Shown here: piece by piece, positions 25,879 through 38,104 of the stretch | How positions within the stretch are numbered: the stretch's first letter is position 1 | Layout of the letters: each line of letters begins with the position of its first letter | NCBI RefSeq assembly: GCF_006345805.1 | Contig: NC_042998.1 | Location: forward strand, 4,278,001 to 4,342,000 | Origin: Octopus sinensis | Taxonomy: Eukaryota | Direction of reading: 5' to 3' | DNA length: 64,000 nt | Notes under the pieces: model-generated | What the model was told of the DNA's origin: nothing | Database searches by the model: none | The model's input: the letters and a program-made list of their open reading frames with translations, nothing else | Program-made: the position numbers and the translations under genes

Positions 25879-26294
25879 CATGTGTAGATATTTCTTTTCT
25901 ATTACAAAATTTATGGTACAAATTTATGTTCATTATAAAAATAGATTATAACTCAGATGTGGTTGTCGTGATGGTAATGGTAATTTTATACACGATGAAG
26001 CTTCAGAGATTCCAGTAGAAGCAATGAATATCTTATTAAGTACGAGGTGAAGTAGGTGATAATGATGGAAATATCTATTATGACTATGAGGATTACAATG
26101 AAGCTTTTGAGTAGGGTGATATCAATAATCCCGAATAAAAATACGAAAAGAGAGAACTGTGGTCATATAAGGGAAGTACAGGCCAAAATGGCAGAAGAAA
26201 AGCTATAACTTAAAGAATCAAAAATGATTACTTGCTCATATACACATTCATTTCAATAAATAGATTCCGAAATGTACGCCCATGCTTTTTTAAT

Positions 26295-26910
<616 letters not shown>

Positions 26911-27710
26911 GATATATATATGAATGTACTAGATTCCACTCACATGCACGTTCACACGCACATACATAGATGCGCACACATACACACATACATACATGTA
27001 TGCATATGCACTTACATACACATGTACATAGATATATTCAAATATAAATAAACATCAATAGGGAAATCAATAACAACAATACCAAGTTCGACAACCGAAG
27101 TAAAAGTCTGTGTTGGGAAGATCGATTGCTGATTACAATCCAAAACTGGATGACTGAAACTGCAACAGTAGCAAGAATAAAATGACAGGTAAAAGAAAAT
27201 CTAACAAATCAATCAATCGTCGCAAAAGACAGACAACACGGAATGGTAACAGGAATAAAGGAGATGAGAAGAAGAAAATATATAAAAGATTAAAATAGAG
27301 GGAGGATAATCTGGAATAAAGGCATTTGTGTTGTGAAGGAAGAGATTTCGAATATATTGAAGGAGGGAAGGAGAAAGAAAGGGGCGATGATGCAATGTTC
27401 GTAAAGAAGTAAAACATTTCATGTAATATATAAAAAAGGGACAGCAATGACTCAGTTTAAGATTTTAAATTTTCTTTCGTATTTTATGCATTTTTATTTT
27501 TTCATTTTCTTCTCTGGTGTTTCGTTTCTGAAAGCGGAGTGACATTTCTTTAATGTAATCTCGCAGTCAATATTCCACTTAACATTTGTTAAGGTGACCA
27601 TAGAAGTCAGTTTCACTGCAATAGACTACTACTGCATTTATGATGGTTGTAGCCACAGAGCTACATACGAAATTATGACAATCGTATTATATTTTGGACA
27701 TATATATAAT

Positions 27711-28298
27711 TCTTTATTACCCACAAGGGGCTAAAGATAGAGCGGACAAACGAGGACAGACAAAGGGATTAAGTCGATTACAGTGCGTAACTGGTACTTA
27801 TTTAATCGACCCCGAAAGGATTAAAGGCAACGTCGGCCTAGGCGGAATTTCAACTCAGAACGTAGCGGCAGACGAAATACTTATTTTTTTACTGCCCACA
27901 AGGGGCTACACACAGGGGAGACAAACAAGGACATGCAAATGGATGAAGTCGATTAGATCGACCCCAGTGCGTCACTGGTTACGTAATTTATCGACCCCGA
28001 AAGGATGAAAGGCAAGGATAACCTCGACGGAATTTGAACTCAGAACGCAGTTGCAGACTAAATGCCTATTTCTTTACTACCCACAAGGGGCTAAACACGG
28101 AGAGAACAAACAAGGACAGACACACGGATTAAGTCGATTACATCGACCCAGTGCGTAACTGGTACTTATTTAATCGACCCCGAAAGGATGAAAGGCAAAG
28201 TCGGCCTCGGCGGAATTTGAACTCAGAACTTAACGGCAGACGAAATACTGCTAAGCATTTCGCCCGGTGTGCTAACGTTTCTGCCAGCTCGCCACCTT
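27711..28298 (-). mobile_element. SINE family A trimer flanked by one TSD
   Basis: Three head-to-tail units (27711-27880, 27881-28066, 28067-28298). TATTTTGGACATATAT at 27690-27705 and 28300-28315. Confidence 0.85.
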
Positions 28299-28528
28299 GT
28301 ATTTTGGACATATATTTATGGTCCATGCACACACATACACACACATAGACACACGCACATAGATAGACACACTCACATACATGCAAGGGGTTGAGTAAGC
28401 GTGTATGTGAAGTGGTGTGTAAACTATATACCTAAAATTAAAATTCCCATGTCTTTTGCCTATCATTGAACACTCCTGTTTTGTATTTTCATTAACGGTA
28501 TTTCCAGCGTCCATAATAATTTTTCTGT

Positions 28529-31312
28529 TTAGTTAGTTAGTTAGTTATTTAGTTAGTTAATTTGGCTCAAAAGCAAATAGCAAGGCCATGTAGGGGGACA
28601 TGGAGTTAAGTACAGGGTGGTGTTCATGTAAAGAGTTCAGGCCACTTGAGGTCAAGGGAGGCTTTGAACAAAGCGGTCGTCGGCATCTTCACCATCTCGT
28701 CTGGCAGCTTGTTCCACGGATCCGCAACCCGGACGGAGAAAGCTCCTCTCCTTCGACTGAGATGAAATCGTCGCAGGTAGAGCTTTTCGAATGACCCCGC
28801 AGCCGACGCTCTGGAGCAGGAGTGAAGAACAGCTCTTTCGAGAGGTTACACTTTCCGCTTATGATGTTGTGGGCGAGAATGAGATCACCACGGCGGCGGC
28901 GTTTTTCAAGATAATAAAGGTCGAGCGTCCTCAGCCTTTCTTCGTAGGACAAATTTTTGAGACCATGAACCATGCGGGTAGCCAGCTTCTGGACTCTTTC
29001 GAGATGCTGTATGTCTTTGAGGAGATAAGGAGAAGAGGCTTGAATCCCATACTCCAATATGGGTCTCACCAGCGTGACATAGAGTGGTAGGAATATGGCT
29101 GCTGTGAGCATTCCGAATGACCGTCGAATCAAGAACAGAATTCCGCGTGCTTTGTTGGCAGCATGGACGCACTGGGCCGAAGGCGAAAAGGAGGAATCCA
29201 CCAAGATACCCAGGTCCTTTACCTGATCGGTCCTCTCCAGCAGCAGACGACCCGGCTCGAAATCAAGTTGAGTTGCAGGAGTAGAGCCGACAGGCAGATG
29301 ACAGTACTTTGACACGTTCAGACGCAGGTCCCAATTGTTAGACCACTTCCAAATTTGGTGGAGGCATCGACGAAGATCCTCTATATTACCGCGAGGAGCG
29401 ACCAGTTTGATATCGTCGGCAAATAGAAGGGTGTGTTGCGTGAGGTCGTCGGGCAAGTCATTTATGAAGACTAAGAACAACAAGGGCCCAAGCACTGAAC
29501 CTTGAGGCACGCCACTGCTCGCACTGGAGACGTCGGACCGCGAACCATTAACTTGGACTTGGAAGGAGCGATCTGAGAGGAAGGCACCAGCCCATCGTAC
29601 AATATCCGGATGGAAACTATATGCTTGAAGCTTGACAAGTAATAGGCGGTGGTTTACCGAGTCAAAAGCTTTGGCAAAGTCCAGTAAAACGATGTCAACA
29701 GCATCACTATCATCGAGGATGCGCGTCACCAATTCTTCCATTACTAGCAGGTTGGTCAAGCATGATCTCTTCGGCACGAAGCCGTGTTGGGAATCAGAGA
29801 TAGAGGCTGTGTTTAGGAGGTGGAGCATCATACTTTTCTTAAGGATGGTTTCGAACATCTTGCTGATAATTGATGTAAGAGAAACCGGTCGGTAGTTAAG
29901 CGGGTCTTCGCGGCTCCCTTTCTTGAAAATTGGGCAGATTATCGCTGTTCTCCAGTCTGCAGGTATAACACCCGTCGCCAATGACATATTGAATAGTCGT
30001 GTTAAGGGCTCGCAGATGACCGGAGCAAACGCTTTGATAACCCGTGGGTGTATGCCGTCAGGGCCGTGACCTTTGTTGACATCGAGGCCTTGAATAACAC
30101 GTTTGACTTCGTCCCGCGTGATGACCAATCGAAGCATTGGAGGTACCGATCTATCAAATGAAGGGGGTTCACGACCATCATCTTGTTTGAAAATATTTGA
30201 AAAAGCCTCGGCAAATAATTGACTCTGTTGATAAGGGTCCTCAATCGATACGCCTGTTGAGTCTACCAACGTTGCAATCTGGTTGTTCAAGCGGGAATTC
30301 CGCTGGACATGGGCAAAGAAGGTTTTTGGATTGCTACTGGCATTTGCCGCGATTTTGTATTCGTAACTGAAGCGTTCTTTCTTTTCAATTTTCACGGCTC
30401 GGTCTCGTTGAGTTTTGTACACCTCAAAAGCTGCAGTCGAATCCAGATTTTTGAATTCAGCCCAAGCAATATCTCTGAGTCGACGTTCTCGTTTAACCCT
30501 CTTCGTCACCCAGGGCTTGTGTTTCTTCCTCTTGGGAAGCCCGACGGGAACTGCCTGGTCAGTCAAACAGATTACATATGCTTTGAGGGATGACCATAGT
30601 TCAACTGAGGACAACGTCATCAGGGATCGCCAGTCCAGAAGCGCGGAAGCCTCGGTTAGAATTTCAAGATTAATTGCAGAGAAGACTCTACGTGGCAGCG
30701 AAGTAGTCGTGGGCGTAGAAAAAGTTGTGTGCATGACCAACTTCAGGACCGCATGATCACTCTTGGCAAGAGGGGCGCACACAGATACGTCTGACACTGA
30801 TCTTGGATAGCGGTAGAATACCAGATCTAGCATAGATGGCTGCTGCCCAGACCGATGCCTTGTCAGATAATCAACATGTTGCGATAGAAAACAATCTTCA
30901 GCCACGTCAAGAAGGGCCTGGCCGAACCGGGAAGATGTTGTACAAATTGATGCGGGCCAATCGATCGTGGGAGCGTTGAAGTCTCCTAGTACCAAACAGT
31001 CATGCGAAGCTGAAACGAATCTTATCGCTTCGAGTAGATGAGCATCGTCCTGGGGGTCGGCAAGAGGCGGCCTGTAGACAGCCAACACGGGCAGGCAAAA
31101 CTCAGATAGGCTCAGCTTGCAATAGACGGCATCGAATTTTGTTGTAGGCTGAGCATTAGTGGGTAGAATACCGCTGGACGGTTTGTGCTCAGACTTAACA
31201 TACACAGCAACACCTCCACCTCGCCTTTTTCCTCTGTCACATCTGAAAAGGACGTAGCCCTGCAGGTGGATTTCTGAGTCCTTTACTGCTGGAGTCAGCC
31301 AAGTCTCGGTTT
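28529..31312 (-). mobile_element. CR1-clade LINE, near-complete ORF2 copy
   Basis: (CTAA)n tail at 28529-28560; 5' end just upstream of the TETWL endonuclease motif; about 98% identical to the 22.5-kb copy in the ~245-bp segment I compared by eye. Confidence 0.97.
28689..31205 (-). CDS. LINE ORF2: APE endonuclease plus reverse transcriptase (838 aa; frame extends upstream to TETWL at ~31310)
   Basis: EN motifs GGGVAVYV, VYRPP, LVLGDFN, LDLV, SDH; RT motifs RPVSLTS, LDFAKAFD, GVPQGSVLGP, FADD. A 1-bp deletion near 28789, relative to copy 1, frameshifts the last ~45 codons. Confidence 0.95.
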   Translation of the reverse strand: MYVKSEHKPSSGILPTNAQPTTKFDAVYCKLSLSEFCLPVLAVYRPPLADPQDDAHLLEAIRFVSASHDCLVLGDFNAPTIDWPASICTTSSRFGQALLDVAEDCFLSQHVDYLTRHRSGQQPSMLDLVFYRYPRSVSDVSVCAPLAKSDHAVLKLVMHTTFSTPTTTSLPRRVFSAINLEILTEASALLDWRSLMTLSSVELWSSLKAYVICLTDQAVPVGLPKRKKHKPWVTKRVKRERRLRDIAWAEFKNLDSTAAFEVYKTQRDRAVKIEKKERFSYEYKIAANASSNPKTFFAHVQRNSRLNNQIATLVDSTGVSIEDPYQQSQLFAEAFSNIFKQDDGREPPSFDRSVPPMLRLVITRDEVKRVIQGLDVNKGHGPDGIHPRVIKAFAPVICEPLTRLFNMSLATGVIPADWRTAIICPIFKKGSREDPLNYRPVSLTSIISKMFETILKKSMMLHLLNTASISDSQHGFVPKRSCLTNLLVMEELVTRILDDSDAVDIVLLDFAKAFDSVNHRLLLVKLQAYSFHPDIVRWAGAFLSDRSFQVQVNGSRSDVSSASSGVPQGSVLGPLLFLVFINDLPDDLTQHTLLFADDIKLVAPRGNIEDLRRCLHQIWKWSNNWDLRLNVSKYCHLPVGSTPATQLDFEPGRLLLERTDQVKDLGILVDSSFSPSAQCVHAANKARGILFLIRRSFGMLTAAIFLPLYVTLVRPILEYGIQASSPYLLKDIQHLERVQKLATRMVHGLKNLSYEERLRTLDLYYLEKRRRRGDLILAHNIISGKCNLSKELFFTPAPERRLRGHSKSSTCDDFISVEGEELSPSGLRIRGTSCQTRW

Positions 31313-31734
31313 ACTTTTGGACAATACATTTTTATGTCTGTCAATGCTGTAAGGTGTTGCAGCAAATTCAGCAAATACATTAATGTGTGCCAATGCAGTT
31401 TTATTGTACTCTAAGATCTCAGGAATAAAGCCGACTTTGTTTTTTTTATATAATACTAATTTCTACAAGACTCTAAATTATTTAACTACTGATGTCAGGT
31501 TTCATTCGGTTATCGAGCATCTATTTGCTTCAGGAGCATCATTTTGCTTGTTTGTAGAATGAGCGTCGATTTTAGTATTATTTCTACTATAAATCTACTT
31601 ACCATGTCAAATGTTCGTTTTAACGTGTAAAGTAAATACAGCAACTGATTTAATTACTTTAAAAAAGAGTAGAATCCTAGGAAACCAATTTTGAAATACG
31701 TCGCAAAAAATTAATACGAAGTTTCGAACGGTGG

Positions 31735-31922
31735 AACAAATTATTTCTCTGTGAGGAATGGAAGTTACACATTTTGTACGAGAGATGCTGAAAACTACCG
31801 GGTTTATCGAGGTCTTTTACAAAGCTTTGAAAAACTGAATGACCGCTGCAATTATTGTGTAAATCTGAGAGGGGGATATGTTGAATAAAATCATAAATTG
31901 GAAACAAACATGCACGCTCGTA
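31735..31922 (+). mobile_element. Mariner 3' end fragment
   Basis: ...EKLNDRCNYCVNLRGGYVE* resembles the mariner C-terminus (KL..RW.KC....G.YVE); ends ...CACGCTCGTA, resembling a TIR plus TA. Confidence 0.5.
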
Positions 31923-32496
31923 TCTAATTCACGATTAAAGCATCTAACTGAAAGTCGGAATTCCACTTTAGTGTAATGGCGTCATCACGGCAACCTAACA
32001 GCAAGTACGTGATTCAAGTTCTGCAGGTGATTTTGCACATTTTTTGTCCTAAGAGATTTTAGCCCTATTTATTGTGAGCTACTATTCATTACTGGATTTA
32101 TTGTTGAAATACATCGATTATGGAAGATTTTTTTTTATACACAAAGACACGCACGCGTATTACACAAAGGTGAGTTTGAATTGCTTAGAGTGTTTCCATG
32201 TCTGTCATCAGGTGACGCCATGTGGTTTACGACGCCGACCTGTGAATCTGATGAATGTATGTAGATATATATGTATTCATTCATAAATATATAGAATCAG
32301 CACCTAATCTTGATCAGTGTCCATCCATCCGTCCATCCATCCATATATACATATATACATACGTACATACGTATATATACATATATATAATGCTTTAAAA
32401 ATATCCACAATGACTTTAAAAGCTGTATTTGTTTAAATGGTCTAAAGTAATTTTCATTTGCATCTTAGGTTCATCGCGATTATCTTCGGAGTTCCT

Positions 32497-32665
32497 AAAG
32501 CGGCGAGCTGGCAGAATCTTAACCACACTGGGTAGAATACTTAGCAGTATTTTGTCCGTCTTTACATTCTGAGTTAAATTTCTGCCGAGATCGATTTTTT
32601 TTTTCATCCTTTTGAGACCAATAGAATAAGTGTTGATATAATCGACTTAACCAGTTCTCCCAAAG
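32497..32665 (+). mobile_element. SINE family A, diverged
   Basis: GCGGCGAGCTGGCAGAATC...CATTCTGAGTTAAATTCTGCCGAG...GATATAATCGACTTA. Confidence 0.75.
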
Positions 32666-33822
32666 TTACTACCAAAATTTGAAACCACGACTTACAGAAT
32701 TGCTACATTTCTGAAGCCACTCTCTCTTTTCTTGGCTGTTACTCTGGAACGGGAACAATTTGATATTTTTGCATATGTTTCTGGTAATGTTATCTACATC
32801 TGCCAATGCACAATATCTAATCAAACCACTTATGCAATCTTTCAAAATGGCAGCTGAAATAATCCTTTTTATCTCCAATACAAATCTCTTCTCACTGAAT
32901 GTCTAAACTAATGAGCGAATGCCTGTTTAGTTTGTCTACCTGCTTGAATATAGCGACCAAATCTCATTTAATAAACACTTAGATTTTAGGCAAAATAAAA
33001 GTAAAATGACAATTTGATTAACCATCTTTGTGAAAAACAGAGAAGATTTGTACAAAAATGACTGGCGTTATCCAATGGGCAAACTGAGACAGATAATTTT
33101 CTGCGTTTAAATGAAGTGATGATAAATGTTCCTTCTAGCACTATGCATCATGAACATTGTTATTTCCAAGTTTGCATTAGTTGGCATCATAATTGTAACT
33201 GTTGTCATTCATGCTATCATACAACTCTTATTAAAACAATCTTTAGCAGCATTAGCACCGAGAGGCACAAATGGCTATTATGAGTATTTGACCGTCACGT
33301 AAAAAGAAAAGAACAACAAAAAACAAAACATAGGACTAAACATATATAAGCTCTACTTTGTACATTCTTTACACGTTTTTGAATGGTTTTCAAAGAAATA
33401 AACCCAGGAAAATCTAATTGAACGATATTTAGTTTCGTGTAGCTTGAAAACACATTTATAATAACATATGATTCTTCATAATAAAATAGGATAACTTCAT
33501 TTGCCACAGATGCTTTCCATCTCACATGTTCTTCAATTCTCCATATGCATTATTCTTTTGCTGGCTTAAACCATTTTAGGACAGCCATATTGGAACACTA
33601 TCAAAAGTTTATTTGATCTTAAGCCAGCTATATACATAAATATTTAACCCTATCTATCGAACCTCTAAATCACAGGAATCTAATGGCACAGCTTATGAAT
33701 ACACGCTTTCTTACTTTCTTTATTTTCTTTCTTTCTTTCCTGCTTTCTTTCTTTCTTTCTTTCTTTCTATTTATGTATGTATCTATATGTATATATGAAT
33801 GCATAAATATGTATATATATAT

Positions 33823-34053
33823 ATTTCTTTACTAGCCATAAGGGGCTAAACACAGAGGGGACAAGCAAGGACAGACAAATGGATTAAGTCGATTGCATCG
33901 ACCCCAGTGTGTAACTGGTACTTATTTAATCGACCCCGAAAGGATTAAAGCAAAGTCGACCTCGGCGGAATTTGAACTCAGAACGTAACGGTAGACGAAA
34001 TACGGCTACGCATTTCGCCCGGCGTGCTAACGACTCTACCAGCTCGCTGCCTT
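33823..34053 (-). mobile_element. SINE family A, full length
   Basis: Full head and tail; AAATATGTATATATA on both flanks (TSD). Confidence 0.9.
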
Positions 34054-34410
34054 AAATATGTATATATAAACGCATAAAAAAACGTGATTTGCATTAGGAC
34101 TATCGTAAAAATTATTAGATAAATATAAAAAGAAGCGGAATTAACACGAACCTGATGGAGGGTATTTTTTCTCTAAGCGCTTTTACTATCTTCAGTTTTT
34201 GTGGTTTCTTTAAGGATCTTTCACTCACAAGTTATTAACGTACTAGAATCAACTCTTGTCTGATGTACCACATTGTCAGATCGAAACCAGAACTACGCAG
34301 GTGAAGAGAGAACATCTGAACCAAATGACAATATGTATGTCTTTTATGTTTATTTTCTAGTAAAATTAATGTATATAATATTGCATTCTGTTGGTATCGG
34401 TGGAATAAAC

Positions 34411-34755
34411 TCTCTTTTACTCGTTTACTTGTTTCAGACTGCGGCCATGCTGGAGTACCGCCTTTAGTCGAGCAAATCGACCCCATCATTTATTCTTTGT
34501 AAGCCTAGTACTTATTCTATCGGTCTCTCTGGCCGAACCGCTAAGTTATGGGGACATAAACACACCGGGGACAAACACACACACACATACACACACACTT
34601 ATATATACACATATATACGACGGGCTTCTTTCAGTTTCCGTCTACCAAATCCACTCACAAGACTTTGGTCAGCCCGATGTGTCACGCAGTGGGACTGAAC
34701 TCGGAACCATGTGGTTGGTAAGCAAACTACTTACCACACAGTCACTCCTGCGCCT
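34411..34755 (-). mobile_element. SINE family B with internal deletion
   Basis: Head ...CACACAGTCACTCCTGCGCCT and tail match the other copies. Confidence 0.9.
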
Positions 34756-34777
34756 AACGTTCAGTCATTCATAAATA

Positions 34778-34994
34778 TTCTTTTCTACTCAAGGCACAAG
34801 GCCCGAAAATTTTGGGGAGGGGATTTGGGGAATTAGATCGACCTCAGTACACAACTGGTACTTAATTTATCAACTCCAAAAGGATGAAAGGCAAAGTCGA
34901 CCTCGGCGGAATTTGAACTCAGAACGTAAAGACCGACGAAATGCCGCTAAGCATTTTACCCAGCGTGCAAATGATTCTGCCAGCTCGCCTCCTT
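34778..34994 (-). mobile_element. SINE family A
   Basis: GCCAGCTCGCCTCC head; GAATTTGAACTCAGAACG B-box region. Confidence 0.85.
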
Positions 34995-35031
34995 AGCCAT
35001 TCAGAAATATTGCGGATATAATATTTGCCTT

Positions 35032-35445
35032 GGATCTTTTCGGTTTGAACGGCAGTTTTTAACATAATTTCTAGGTAACTAAAAAATTTTAAACTTCGTA
35101 CACTGGTAGAATGTGTTTATAAAACATCTTTTTCTCTTGGCTTTATTGAGGAAATTCTATAGTTTGTAAGATATTTGTTTTTTTGTTTTTTTCAATTTCT
35201 GCAATTTCAACCAATCAATGACGGCCATTGAGGTGAAAAAACATTCTGTGCCGTATGAATATGTCCCTCGTTTAAGAAACAGATTGGGTTTATTTACATT
35301 TGTGAAGAAAAAAAAGATACCCTTCCCCCCACCCCTAACCCTAAAACAGATTGAAATGCAATAGATCGATACTAGGGTCATAATTAAGGGTGACAATTTC
35401 ATATGACACCGCTAGAAAAAACTGCCGTTCAAACCGAAAAGATCC
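35032..35445. mobile_element. MITE with 29-bp TIRs and 8-bp TSD (Merlin-like)
   Basis: GGATCTTTTCGGTTTGAACGGCAGTTTTT ... AAAAACTGCCGTTCAAACCGAAAAGATCC; TTTGCCTT at 35024-35031 and 35446-35453. Confidence 0.85.
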
Positions 35446-36088
35446 TTTGCCTTAATCGATTCTGTGACACAGTTTCAATTTCCTATTGCAATCGTTTTGC
35501 ACTACTTATTTTATTAATACTCACTTGTCATACATTTTAATTTTCACTCCTCTGTATGATATATTTAAAAAAAAATTTGTACGTACTTCTGTATGGAAGC
35601 ATGCAGAAGAGTCTAACTCAAGTAGTTTCTAGTTTGTTGTACTTGTGGTTAGAGAAAATGCTACTCTATACCGAAATAATAAAATCAATTGTTAACTCAA
35701 TTTATTGTCTGCTATATGTAATTATAGTTTCTTTGTTGAATATTATGCCACTGAATAAATTAAATGATATTACAATGGTCTGAGTGAATAACACTAAATA
35801 ATGTATATGTTATAAAAATTAGTTTTAATTATTGGAAAATTCATGAACACATTTCCTTTTGTATAATTTATAAAGTTGGTGTTCTTATTATATTATCAGT
35901 ATCCAAAATTATTATGCTACCGTCCTGTAAAAGAGATGTCTTGCAGGAATAGGTTGTAGGTTCAGAAAGAGTCTACATAAAACACAACTACTACATAAAT
36001 GCATTTAAACGTGGGGTATACAAATTTGGACAGAAAGTTTTAAAACAAATATCATCAATATAGGCTGTGTGGTAAGTAGCTTGCTTAC

Positions 36089-38104
36089 TCGCGCATGCGT
36101 GTTGGTGTTTTGCTTCAACACTTGAACAAGGAGGATATGAGCTAATGCGCTCTGTCCAAAAACTGAAGATTAAGAAGTACGTTCGAGGTAGGTGATTTTG
36201 TTTGTTTTGAGCTGGGCGTGATTTATTGTTTTGGAATTTTTTTCAGTAAATTTCGGCCAGCTCTGGGACAATTTCGCCTGCTCTTGGCGACTATTGTGAT
36301 TCTTGCTTGTTGAAAGAATGTTGGGGGCGTATCCCCGCCCCAAAATTAAAGTTTGTTCCAGTCATTGAAAATTTTTGTGGCCCATTGTGGCGAAGATTCG
36401 TTTTCTGTGGATTTAAGATTCCAGCTCGGAGTACCAACCAAAGAAGAGGACCAGGAGTACCTGTGGCCGGAATTGTGTAGTTGGCATTTGGAACCATATT
36501 TTTATTTCTGTCCTTTTTGTTTTCTTTTGTTTAATTTTTTACTGTCTATTTTTTCGTTCGGACTTTTTTTCTTTTTTCTAGTGTTTTTCTATTTTTGTGG
36601 ATATTTGAACTTCCTTCCTCATGGCGATAAAGAATGGTGCCGCTGTTTTGGAGTGGGAGATTGTCCCACCCAAGCAGAGGTTAAAAGATATGGAAGAGAG
36701 GACAGTGGTGGTTAGAACTTATTCTAAAGTTCTTGATACCATCAGCATCTTCCCAAAACCAGTTATAGAAAATGAACTGAAAGACTATTTGTCCTCTGTG
36801 AAATACATATCCCGCGGTGTCAAGCATACAACCGTTCGGTTGCTGTTTCACAAACTGGAGAAGGCTCGCAATTTCGCAAGTCACCCCTTGGAGGCAACGA
36901 AATTCTGTCTCTCCTGTCATACTGCGGGAGGAAATTAATAAGAGCCTGGGTATGTGGGTTACCCCCGGGCACCAAGGCGGGTTGGATTGAAGATACCATC
37001 CGATGGGGACTGGGGGATAGCGGGACCAGTCTCTTAAATGTAAGGGTATTGCCGGCGGTTGATTGGGAAGGGTCAAAATCGATTTTGACCCTGTTGACCC
37101 CATCGGCTGCAACAGATATAGTTTTTCCAGATTATTTTAAATGGGTGGCTCCAGGTATCCGGTGATACTTGAGTGACGTCCCCCCAAGCGTCACGTGTGC
37201 CTGCAGCCAGGCCACATTAAAAAGAACTGCCCCCAGCACCATGGTAAGGGCCTGGAACAGTCACTAGATGCCACCTCTCCTACCCGGTCCTCAACCCAAA
37301 AAGGATTCAAAAGGAAGAAGGTGGGCAACACTGGTTGCCTGCCGAAGGACCCTAAGGCTTCGGGAGGTGGGGGAGAGACTCCGGATAAAGCAGAAGAGCT
37401 CCACTCTCCCGAAGTCAGGAAGAAAAGAAAGAAAAGAAAGAAGAACGGGTCATCGCAGAGGGAAATGATTACCGTCTGCATGTCCCGAAATTGTGCCACC
37501 CAGGGTGGAAGAAACAATCCCTACCCTTAAAGATGATGAATTAATTATCTGTTTCTACAAGGGCGGGGAGGTGGAAAAAATAGTAGAAGAGCATAAAGAG
37601 ACAGTAGATAAGCCCTTCACACGGGATCCCGAATGGCCTTCGCTGATAGCGGAGGAGGACATAAGGTTTCCCTTGTGAGAAAGGCTTAAAGGATTTGGGG
37701 TGGAGTGTCGCATATGGCCTACATGAGTGAGGCATAGGAAATGGCGGGATACAGGCATTGAAGATGATGGATATATCGATAGATATATCGAAGAGTAGGA
37801 GGTGAAAAAGTCTCGTCAGAGGGTTTGAAACTTCATCTTATTGTATTATTTGTAGTGGCTTATAACCTCAATTGTATGTTAAAAACAAAAAACATGTTAA
37901 GCAAGAGATTTTAGTGCCTCCTTCTTGTAAGAGGTTTGAAACCTCATATTGATTTTTAAAAACAGAAAATTGTTCGAGAAAAATTCAATCGGCGGGTTTT
38001 GGGTTTCGTCTCTCATTTATTAATTTTATTTCATTTTCATTCATTAATGTGTTTGTCCAGCCCGCCAATCTTTGTACTTTCTTCATGACAAATTTAATGA
38101 AATA
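36089..38104 (+). mobile_element. ORF1-only non-LTR retroelement (HAL1/Tx1-like, non-autonomous)
   Basis: 15-bp TSD AAGTAGCTTGCTTAC (36074-36088 and 38105-38119); 5' UTR, frameshifted gag-like ORF, 3' end AATGAAATAAA. No RT or endonuclease motif found. Confidence 0.8.
36621..37678 (+). pseudogene. Frameshifted ORF1 with zinc knuckle
   Basis: Segments MAIKNGAAVLEWEIV..., RKLIRAWVCGLPPGTKAGWIEDTIRWG..., PK(R)HVCLQPGHIKKNCP (CX2CX4HX4C with the first Cys codon CGT), then a Lys/Arg-rich tail and an acidic end. Confidence 0.75.

Noticed and set aside
27711-28298. Repeated units with variable segments, superficially like a CRISPR array
   Set aside because: Units are 170-230 bp SINE bodies; no short repeat-spacer structure, no cas genes, eukaryotic context.
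36681-37112. 143-aa minus-strand ORF
   Set aside because: Antisense to the element's ORF1; no recognisable motif.
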